From Perna viridis (Eukaryota), in the NCBI GenBank assembly GCA_037379345.1, contig CM074522.1, positions 19,034,001 to 19,098,000 on the forward strand: a stretch of 64,000 nt of DNA, in the 5' to 3' direction. The notes beneath the pieces were generated by a model. The model was not told the origin of the DNA, ran no database searches, and saw only the letters and a list, made by a program, of their open reading frames with translations. Positions 26,003 to 38,000 of this stretch are shown here, piece by piece. The position numbers and the translations under genes were made by a program. How positions within the stretch are numbered: the first letter of the stretch is position 1; the number at the start of each line of letters is the position of its first letter.

Positions 26003-29000
26003 ATGGACGATAGAGAACGTGGTATTTTGAGGAAAGCTAGGGTTGTCTTGGTGAAAAACTTGTCTGACATATCTGGACTATGTGATAGACTTCTCAGTTA
26101 TGGAGTCCTGACGGAAAACATGGTATCAGAAGTAATGGTAAAGATTTCCTATATGTTTCAAAATACAAAAAAAAACATTTAAAGAAAACTGTGGAAGTAG
26201 TATTTTCTCTTTCACAAATCTTTACTCTAACAAACAATATATTTCATATTTTTGTTAAGAGAATTGAGATTTTTACAAAAAAAAAAAGAAAACATTGCAC
26301 TTGTTGAAAATGGTGATTATTCATATTGAATTTACTTACTAGATTATTTAAAACTCCAAGAAGAGCTTGCTATTTCGTGTAAGTCCTGAGAGCATCGAAT
26401 GCTGAACGGAGCCATAGTTCCTGTCTCTATACTACCGAATTCAGGTTTTGGATGGAAAGAGTAAATGAAAGATGATATTTTTGTGCTAACTGTGGGATAG
26501 TCGATAAGCATGCGTGATTCATGCTCAATACACACTTCCGCGACGAAAATTCTATTGTTCTACCCAAGCTCTACCTCGCGGAAGTGTATACTGAGCATGC
26601 TCGGCAACTTACCTCAAAAAGGTCTATTGCTGGTTGGGATTTTGGAGTAAAATTTGCTGGATACCGAAATTCCAAGCAAAAATAACATTTTCCCAATTTA
26701 GGGGGAGCACAATTTCCATTCTTTTATCTCCAGGGTATCTAATATAACGTTTACTACCAATTATATTGTCTCATGGAATGTGCCCCACCGCCCTTGTTTT
26801 GCTAATATATTTCCATGACCTTTTTCCATTTGTCTCAAAAGGATGAATATTCTTCAAATGGCCGAGTTAGAAAGCTATTAGATATTATACCACGCCGGGG
26901 CAAAGACGCCTATAGTTTTTTACATCAAGCTTTGATTGAAACAGGGCAGCAAGAAATGGCCGATCTTCTAAAACCGGAATTCGCTGGACGACCTAAAGAC
27001 CTGGAATTAGAAGAAAGAGGTTAGCTTTTATATCAATCGTAACTACTCGGCCATTCCCGCTACACTAAAAAAATAAGTCTCGGATGCAGAAAGGAGAATT
27101 TCTTTACAAAAATTTGCTGGCATTGTAGTCATACGCGAATCAAAGTATAGTTCTATCCACCAGGTGGCGCTAGAAATTTTAGTTGGATATCACTAGAAAT
27201 TAAGAACAACATCTCTTTCAAGAATTTTGGCGCGAAGTGGAGAGCTGAGGAAAAAAGTAATGGTAAAAAAATCAACCAGTTTAACTATAATAATTTTAGA
27301 ATCAGTTTGGTCAAATTCCGGACAGATTCAGGTTACAGACCACCAATTCAACCAATGAGCATTTGGAACGTACGCAAAAATAGTCCTACGCAGAAATTAC
27401 CCCTGTTGCTCATAGTGCTGTGAAAAAAGTTCTCATCTTATTTAAAAAATTTAAACAGTTTCTGAAAGGAAAAACATTTCTGTACATTTTATAGGTGCAT
27501 TTTGCTTCTTGTGATGTGAAGCCTAATCTCCATAATGATTTTTAAATATACCCCTATCTTGTGAAAACACTGGGATTTCCCATGCTATTTATAGACCCTT
27601 CACTTCCGGTGACCAGTACTGCACTGCAAGTCTGCTAACCCCACATGCCATTCTGAGGATTGTGAGCTGACATATGTAGAATCATGCTGATATATAGTCC
27701 TCTGCAGGTTAAAGTTAAGGTAAAGTCCAGAGAAGCCATTGAACATTATGAAATTAGCATAGAAGCCTATGGAAAGTGGAATTAGTGGTTTTTAGCCTTC
27801 ATCCTAGTAGTGTCTCCGAGGTTTTTTCTGTTGTGCAACTAGAAAGGTTATGGTGTTCCGATTGCTTTTACATATCCCTAACCGTAAGTGTTCCAGTTGT
27901 GCAACGGTCATAGTCACCGAAATGGTAATAAATATTATATTACATCAATGTTATCACTCAATAACAAGAAGTTTAAGGACTACATAGGGATCACATTGTC
28001 TGCCGGTTCGTCTGTAAGCCCACAGCATTTTCTGTGCTTCTATTATGCAGAATGATTAAAATAAAATTGACAAAGTTTTTGGTACACAGCTTCAACATGA
28101 TTATAAATACATATTGTTCCTTACCAGGGGTGGACCAAGAAATTTTCTTGGGTTGGGGTGATACCAAACTCCAAAGTGTAAATAACAAATATACAAAATA
28201 ACTGTATTAGCATTATAAGATACTCTTTCACATTTTACAAAGACGCTATTCACAAATATGTCACATGGTTTCTTTTTCCTTTGATGGCTGCGAGCAAACG
28301 CGTCTACATTCTTATCAAGATTAAGGCTATGATTGTAATGCTCATGCGTGCATAAAAGCTATCGCTGTTTGAACGTTCACACTCGCAACTTGTTATACTG
28401 ACAGTGCGAACAATTTTCAACATTTCAAAAATATTAGGATAGTGGTGAGTCTAACTTCTGAATAGTTTCAGCTGCTGAAGTTGGCAATTTTTCTTCGATA
28501 TTTGACAATGATATTAATACGTTCCGGAAGGGAGCGTTTAAGGTTGTATTATCAACTTGGTTCTATATACTTATGGCAAGAAAAAGCATTAATGTCCGGT
28601 TTGTACCTCCATTTTCAGGAGCTGAAAAACAGCATATTGGCAGCTTCATTTGCGTATACTTGTATATAAGCGATTGAGAGCCAAATCAGTCTCGGAAAGT
28701 ATTCGCTAGTTTCGATAATTAAATACAAATCGAATCGTAGCTTTTCCAAGATAGGGTTGGCCATAATAATCTGCAGTATGGCACCCAGATGTTTACGAAA
28801 ATTACATTATCAATATTATCCACAATTCTCGGGTCATAAAAATGGTGAATTGTAAACGAAACAAAACGAAACGAAAATAATTGATAAAAGAAATAATCGA
28901 AGCGAAACAATTCCATAAAATGAATCAAATCGTAACAAAAACATAATTACACGATACAAATCGAAACTAAATTGAATAAAAGAGTAATCAAGGGAACCAA

Positions 29001-32000
29001 GGTTATAGTGGTAATCAAAAGAATGTACAACAAAGAACATAAAGTAACTAAAATCATACATACAAAGTAACGAGCAAATGAGCAACTCGGACTCCACTAA
29101 AAAATTAGATGTTTACTTATTAGTTGTGAATTTTCTAGAAACACCCGCCGAGTTGCTCATAAAAAGTCAAATCCGGGGTAGACAAACGAGGAGAGGCAAA
29201 CTATAAAATCTTTTAAGACGTTTCGCAAATTATAAGAACCATAATGTTTACCAGTGCCGGACAGTCGATCTAAAGACATTTGGGACCATGACAACCAATA
29301 ATTCCTTATGAATGCCGGCCATTTTGGCTAATAGACGTATCAGGCCATGACTTTAGTATGCTTAAGGACATATATTATCACAAAATTTGCCATATTTGAA
29401 TGTTATAAGTATGATATATCAAATCAGAGCTGACAAAAAATATTAAAGTTGTTTTTACTTAATATTTCTTAGGGAGCGTTAAAAGGTTCACCTTCATCAT
29501 ATTAGTAATTGGAAAGAATGAATAACCAAAATATGATCACGAGTGCCGATCGAAGAACGCCTAGATTTATCGAGTGTGCGGAACTTGTTAAACTCGATAA
29601 AAGGTTGGAGGTCTTGCGATACTAAGAAAGTTTTGAAAGGAATGTTGATACCCTTAGCGGGATTCATCAACCCTCCATTTTCTTTTTAAATTGACTTGGA
29701 AATGCACCAATCGGAACTACTCGGCCTTTAACAAAATCCATTTGTGGTCTGAGCGATGGCTCGTCACATTCAATTCCCGTAAAACAGAAAGCATGACAAT
29801 CTCTAGAAAGACCAACAAACCTTATCACCCAAGTTAATAATGACATCATAGCCCAAATTAATCATCATAAACACTTAGGTCTTACAATATCTGATGATTG
29901 TGGGTGGAATAGTCATATTAATATGATTACAACCAAAGCATACAACCGTTTAAATATATTACGAAAATTTTAAGTAATTTTAGATAGACAGAGCCTTGAA
30001 AAACTTTACATAACTTTTATTAGACCGATTCTTGAATATGCCGATGTAATATGGGATACAAACACTGCTACTCTTAAACTCAAAGTTGAAAAGATTCAAA
30101 TGAATGCAGCAAGAATAATTACAGAGGATACTAGATTAACATCAATTAACAATTTATATATAAAAACTGGATGGCAGAAATTAATATGTGTCGGCGGATG
30201 TTTCTAGAAAAGCAGAGGACGTTTACCCTACCGGTGTACCTGGTCCATGCTCCCAGTTTTTAGTGGAGTCCGAGTTGCTCATTTGCTTTTGTTACTTTGT
30301 ACGATTTTAGTTACTTTATATTCTTTGTTGTGTATGTCTGTTTTCCATGTCTGGCCTTTGTTCCTGGATTGCATTCTTTTGATTACCGCTATAACCTTGG
30401 TTCCCTTGATTACTCTTTCATGTGTGGTCTTTGTCTCTGGATTGCATTCTTTTGATTACCGCTATAACCTTGGTTCCCTTGATTATTCTTTCATGTCTGG
30501 TTTTTGTCCCTGGATTGCATTCTTTTGATTACCGCGATAACCTAGGTTCCCTTGATTACTCTTTCATGTCTGGTCTTTGTCCCTGGATTGCATTCTTTTG
30601 ATTACCGCTATAACCTTGGTTCCCTTGATTACTCTTTCGATGAGAAAATCACAAACTAGCATTAATATACACGATTTTGAACAATATGACACCGCCTTAT
30701 CTTCAAACTCTGATTCCTAACAGAGTAAACCAAATCCATAACTACTCCACTCGTAATTCTGACTTAATCCAGTCAGTAAGGTTTATTGTAGAACATGCCA
30801 ATATTCTAATTATTTTCTACCTTCCACTATTCGATTATGGAAAACATTACCAAGTGATATTAATACCTCGCCATCAGTAAAAATTTTAAAAACTCATCTC
30901 GAAAATGAGGTAGTCAAAAAACCAATATATTACTATTGCGGGTCGCGCCGAGGTCAATCCTACATGTCAGACTTCGTCTTCCGTGTAGCGAGCTAAATAA
31001 AGACCTATTCGACAAAGACATTATTCCATCCCCATTATGTCAATGCGGCGAAATAGAATCTTCGAATCATTTCTTACTCTTTTGTCCATTATATCAACCG
31101 CTTAGGAGACAAGATATCTCAGCACTTCAACTTCCTGATCAACAGACTTCAAATACTCTCCTACTTGGATCAGATGAGATGTCTGATTAGTATAATTTGA
31201 AATGTTGACCAAGGTTCAAAACTTTTTGATACAGAGCAAACGCTTCAAATTAACAACCTGAATTACATAGTTACTTCTTTGAAATAATTTTGAAAATTCC
31301 TTTTGACCTGAGTAAATACATAGAGCATTAAATATCAACCCCTTCGCTTTGCACCAAACTCACCAAATGCACGTTATGAGCATTAGAGCAATACTTCCTT
31401 GGGCTATGCAATACGATACAATTATTCGTGATTTCAGGAGACGGATTGATATAAGACTTTAAGTCTTGTTTCTGAACCCTTTGTTTAATTTGCTTTTGTT
31501 CGTTTCATTCTATTGTTTTGGTTTGATGTTAAATATGCAAATTACTTATTAAAATATGTTTAAACTACTCGGCCTTTCTGGTTATACGGAGAAAAACATT
31601 ATTTTTATTGTAGCGGAAATGGCCGAGTAGGTCCGATTGGAAAGTGCGAACTAAATTTTACTCAACGATGTTTGATTTTTTAACGAAATTTTGTAATTAA
31701 TGCTAAAATATATTGATTCCATATTGTCATCTAAACACACCTGCGAATCCAGAAAGATTCCCCTATTCTGAGCCCCCTCTTTTTGTTGAAAAATCATGTT
31801 AATTGTGTGTAAAATTTGGGGGGGGGGGTTGAGCATGTGATAGCCTGTAATCCCTTTTGATAAGCTTTTTGAATAATTTAATTTCAAATCAATATGATGC
31901 AAATTGTTTTGTGAAGGTCATATCCAGACCCCGGGGGACCAAACGGCGACCACAGAAAGAGAAACAAAATGATTACATGCAACTTGCTAAATATCGTGCC

Positions 32001-35000
32001 CATTTTAATGAAATTTTAATTTTATGTGAATATTTATAGGTCATTTATGAAATATGATTTTTAGTATCGGCATTTTGGAATTTGAATACTTATTATCTTG
32101 TACTATGATTTTTTTTTTCAGAAATACCTGGAGCATCAAACATAGTATTGGAAGTACCCCATCTTCATCACCAATCCCATTCCCCGCCATTTGACCCAGA
32201 AACTCACAAACCACTGGATATCAAACTTCAAAAATGTAATAAATTGGAAATCCTAGCGACACAAGGCGATGAATCGGTAAGACATGGTGAAAATAATAGT
32301 ACATATACACTATTTATGATTTGCAATGTTGTCACGTGGCGTTTTTTTGTGTCAACCGTTTATAACTGTAACAGGTGTTTGGTCACATATCAATGGAAAA
32401 TTATGAGTGGCGTTTCGTGTCACAATAAGGATATTTCTATAATGATGCTTTTCTCTTTCATGATAATTTTAACTTGTATTATGATACTAGGAGGGAGTAT
32501 AAATATTGAATCATTTTACTAATTGGATGTATCATGATACTTGTTTAAGGTATCACAATACTTTTGGGGAATGGGGTTATTTTTTATAAGTAAAAGGGTG
32601 TTTCTCGCTAGGATCATGATACTTGTTAATAATGTAATGATACATGTAATTGTTGAAAGTATAATGATACTTATAAGACGTGTTAGAAGTATAATGATTT
32701 TTTAAAATATATTGATACTTATCTAGAGTATAATGATACTTCTAAGAAGATAATATATGTTGAATGTATAATTATACTTGTTGAATGTATAATGATTTTA
32801 TTACAATAACCTTAAATGTTTTGAAAATTTGAAACACTAAAATTATCATGATAATTTGAATAAGTATCATGATATTTTCAATAAGTATCATATCACTTTC
32901 AATAAGTATCATATCACTTTCAATAAGTATCATTATACTTTCAAAAAATTATTATTACACTATTAACAGCTATAGTCGGCGTCACATAAATAACATACTG
33001 TTAAAATTTGAATAAAAATATTTTCTACGACTTTATTGACACCTACCGTCGTTTAAATTGTCTTAAATGACTTGCTCATTCGTTTAGCCAAACGGCTTCT
33101 CCCTAAACATTGAATCGTTAAATTCCGGTCAGATTTTAATTCTAGGTGGCAATATTTACATTGTAAAAAGTCGGCCATGTTTACAGTGATCGGGTTGCTA
33201 GGAGATGTTGTTTACGTTTAAATGGTTTGTCCAAAAACCGAAGAACCCAGAATGCAATTCGGCGTTATTTCGGATATCTCGGATTTATTTTACGCGAACA
33301 ACGTATAATACCGAGAAGTTGATCAAGCAGACGATTGTCACCGGTGTTCGACGGGAACTTACGCACTTCGTTTGTAAACAAATCGTCCCGTAAAAACCAA
33401 CATGGCGGATATTAGTATGGGATTTTCCCGTAAGGATTTGTTACGCATGATTTAAGCTAATAAGCGACTTGTTTTTGAGAAGCTGTTTGGCTAAACGAAT
33501 GAGCAAGTCATTTAAGACAATTTAAACGACGGTTGGTGTCAATAAAGTCGTAGAAAATATTTTTATTCAAATTTTAACAGTATGTTATTTATGTGACGCC
33601 GAGTATAGGTATAATTATACATTCAACATATATCATTATACTTCTTAGAAGTATCATTATACTTTCAACAACTATCATTACACTATGAACAAGTATCATG
33701 ATACTAGCGAGAAACACCCTTTTACTTATAAAGATAACCCCAAAAGTATCCAATTAGTATAATGATACTTCAAGTAAGTATACTCCTTACTAGTATCATG
33801 ATGCAAGTTACAACTATCACGAGATCTAGAGAAAAGCATCATTATAGAAATATCCTTATTGTGACATGAATCGCCACTCATAGAAAATCGCATATGGACA
33901 TCACTTAAGCCAACAACGAAATGTTGGCTTCGATCTTTTAGAATTGAAAACACTTGATATATAATAGTGTGCGTTAAATTCGTAATGAAACACATGCAGC
34001 ATATGGCAAAAATATTTAATATGCTAGCTTGCCAGAAGTCGAGATGAACTTCGGTCTAGGCATGTAACTTTGACCTTCAGAGCACATAAAGGACTAATTT
34101 TGTATTTTTATTGTTATATGTTGCCATATTAAAGCCATCACTTCAAATGTTTTAATCGCTATGGCATCTTCATCTCGGAACGACCCCTTATTTACATGTA
34201 CTTGTTACCATGGTGACATTTTTATATTACTTCCGCTCCGAAGTATAAGGGGGTTAAACCTTTTCCGTGCGTTCGTGTTTTCGTCTCTCTGTGTTTCTGT
34301 AACACATTTTCCGTCACAGTATTTTTCAGCAATTCGACAGCAAATTTCTGATAACCAAGGACTTTGTTTATGTTCCAATATCGTGATTGAAAGTGGGCCG
34401 GGGTATCATTTGTGAGCCATCGCTCACAAATTTCTTCTTTCATTCTCAAAAGATGGTCGAGGATCAATTCGACCCCAAAAACAACTAATTTTGTTCCATA
34501 TTTTTTGTACCTAATTTTAATTTTTTGCTTGGTAAATGATTTTTTTCTCTTACTTTTCAGATTTACAAGCTCGAAACCAAACCTAAAGGAAAAGTCTTAA
34601 TTATAAATATTACTAAATTTGAGGACCATGGTATTCCGTCACGTGACGAGCAGGCCCATAACATTTCAGCCACAAGCATAACCGCATTATTTAAAAAGTT
34701 AAATTTTAAAGTGGAAACAAAAAGCAACATAACGGCACAGGTAATAAACTTTAAAATGAAAATAAAAAGCAACCTCATTGCATCCAGGTGATTTTTTAAA
34801 AACAATAAAGTAAATAAAAAGCATCCACTGCACAGGTGGTAAATTTAAAATGGAAAAACAGAGCTACATTACAGCACTAGTAATTAGTTTCAAAGACGAT
34901 ACTAATCAAAGCAATATCACTGCGTAGGTAATTGAAGTGAAAACAAAGTCCAACATCCCTGCATGAACAAGTATTTAACTTTGAAATGGAAAAAAATGTT

Positions 35001-38000
35001 CTTAGAACTAGCATAAAAAATTAATATAGGCGAGTACTACATGTATTTTCACGTCTATTTGCCAACGAGAAAAATAGCGAAAAATATTTTACTGACAAAA
35101 TCCTTTCATTATATTTTAGGATCTACTATACAGCGTATCAATGGAACAAAATAGCGAACAGACATATGACTGTTTTGTAATGATTATTTTAACCCATGGA
35201 TCTGGTGATCTGATTTTTATGAGCGATGGACATCCTCTTCGTGTTCAGAATATTTTAGAAGAATTTAATGCAGAAAAATGTCCCAAATTGAAAGGGAAAC
35301 CGAAGTTGTTTTTCATACATGCCTGCCCTTCCGGTAAGTTGAAGGTCAAAAGAATCTAGCACATAGCTACATGTGCACCATCCGTACAAGTTTTTTGTTG
35401 CTATGCTTATGTTTTGACTGGATTTTCCGGAGGTAAAATTAGTTATTACCAGTAGTTAAGGGCGACCGGGAGGCTACGAAATATTGTCTGTACAACTTGA
35501 AAAGTATTTGGCATATCCTTTGCAAGTCGTTTCATGTGACAAAGTAGAGGTGAAGTTTAATTTTTACAATTTTCTGAGTGGCGGCCTATTGTTTTGAAAG
35601 AGTAATCAAGGGAACCAGATTTCGGGCTGTAATTAAAAGAATATATTCCAAGTATAATGGTTGTTACATGACGTTGATATGTATATTGATAGCTGTAACA
35701 AGTTTTTGGTTATATGCTGCATTCCCACGTGAACTTCACGTTTCTATTTTTCAAAAACCAACAATAACCCTTTTCAAACTTGGTTGAATTGTTTTATGTC
35801 CCAAAATGAAGGTAAGTTCGTTTTTCACGCCCGGTGCAGGTTCGGGTGTCAAAAGAATAGGCCTGCAGCAGCGCTAAGCTTGTCGTAAAAGGCGACTAAA
35901 TAGTGCTCAGGAATCTAGCCGTGGGCTAGGCGCTCTGTCCACAGAGCAACTGGGATGTGTGCCCCAGGTGGTGGAATGGGGTACCGCTGGCGTGTTACAT
36001 GCTGGGGTTGTCAGGCTATAATACGGAAAACCTGACCGAAAACCATTGTGGTACACCGTGGTGGAAAAGATGCCACGTTCCTCGCACGTTAAAGAACCCT
36101 GCTGTGGTATTCTATAGGAGTAGGAACCTTTGCGCTCCGCCACAGGAGGCTAAATTGCCCGACCCTACACATCCCCCCTTTTTCTAGTGGCAATCGAGAT
36201 TTGTCGACCCTATTACCCTTGTGTCCCATCCCTTGTTTCATTTTAACATCCATTTCATGTTCATCGTCTGAATACAGATGAAATATTGCTGCTCGGGCGT
36301 TAAACCCCAACAATCAATCAATCGTTTTTCACAGATATTGCTCTTGTCCATTTCATGTGGTGACCATTTTATTACAAAATTGTGACTTTCACTGTTGTCA
36401 TGTTTGAGATGCAGCTAACAATAAATTTATTCGCATTTCTGATTTCAAGACAGGGAAAATCGGGTTTGCAGTCAGTTTGACAGTCTTGTTTTTTTATATA
36501 GATTGAAAAACAATTGTTATTGTGTAAAGCCATTTATACATGTGCAGTATGCGTAATACTTTGGACACTTGTATCTAATTAAGTCTTAATGGGTGTCAGT
36601 TTGCATGAGACTGATCTCTTAAACCAATATTTTTACTACGTATGGCTTAGAAACTTACTTCAAACTAGTGCAAAACAACTAAGATTCTACGCTACTTTTT
36701 GTCAAATCGGCATACATGTACCCCAAGTCCTGAATATTTATAGTCGGTCTAATAGGTTTGTTGCTGCTGCACAGTCTATTTTATTGATTTTCAGACAGGT
36801 ATAAGTGCAGATTTATCACAAGGTTTTTACCTCCCCCCCTAAAAAAACAAAACAAAACAAAACAAACAAACAAACAAAAACAAAAAGGAACTTAATTAGT
36901 TCAATGTAAAGAAGTAAAAAAAAACGTAAATGTTCTTCATTTTTTATAAATCGAATTATGTGTATGAATTGTAGATCATGGAAGGCATACAGACGTGAAT
37001 ATTATAAGTTTGTTTCCAGAACCAACACACCCAGATCATCATTTAACGAAAGCGGATATGTTCTTAGCTAGGGCTGTGCGATACGGTATGTTGGTATTAG
37101 TTCATAACTATTTATCCTTAAATGTCAATCATTTTAAAACATTGGGGAAAAAGTCTACTTTTCGTAATATTGTCTTCAAGTGTGGAAGAGTGACAGCCTG
37201 TCTATTACAACATGTTATGCATATGCGAAAATATATATGTTCAGATATAGTGGTTTTAACTTCATATTTTGAACTGTTAGAAGTGCATTCTTAGTGAACA
37301 ATTATACATACTTAAGTACCAGTTCTTTTAAAATTCTGACAGTGCCAATATTAAAGTGATTCATGTTGAAGAAAAAAACACACCGAACAAATGATGCTTT
37401 TTCAAACAGTTGTCCATTTTATATTCAAATTTTTACTTTTGAGAAAATCATACATCCCACTAAAATCAACCAAATCAAACAAAATCAAGAACAATAACTC
37501 TTGCAAAGTGTCAGGTTCCAAATGAATGTGATCAGTAACACTTTCTGAACAAGAAATAAAAGTGAGCTCAGTGGGTTTTTGACACCATTAAACTACCTCC
37601 TGTCTGGTTTAAATAAAAACTGCTACTTAATATAACATAGCTTATAATCTAATAATTAATTTTGGTTGAGTGCTTTTTTATCGCATTTTTTTACATATTT
37701 TTGTTATATATTTCATCTCTTTTTTTCAGATCCAATTATTTCTAATCAGGAATCGAAAGGATTTCGATTCATTCAAGTTTTTGTGCATATTATGAAGAAT
37801 CGAGCACACCTAGATGACCTTTTAAATATCGTGACAAATGTAAGATCTGATATAGCAGCAAAACAAACACTATTACTAAGTTTTATATTAACATTTATTT
37901 ATAAATTTTAAAGGCTTTAAAAATGTTCATGTTTGCACAGTCAATAAAAATTTAAGGCAGTATGAAACGAGGTTTTTTTTTTACTTTTATAGCAAGTTAG

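Larger units (their letters stand above)
27034..31639. mobile_element. TIR-bounded DNA element filling most of caspase intron 2, hosting nested insertions
   Basis: Left CAATCGTAACTACTCGGCCATTCCCGCTACACTAAAAA versus right TTTTTATTGTAGCGGAAATGGCCGAGTAGGTCCGATTG. A further left-type copy starts at 29708. Confidence 0.5.

Noticed and set aside
35692-35811. Candidate extra caspase linker exon ending at a strong GAAG/GTAAGT donor
   Set aside because: The required frame contains TGA at 35785-35787 and the peptide is not linker-like.
35957-36187. Duplicated ORF MCPRWWNGVPLACYML... (also 58531-58929)
   Set aside because: It lies within two copies of a TSD-flanked SINE and the frames diverge downstream, so it is not a protein gene.
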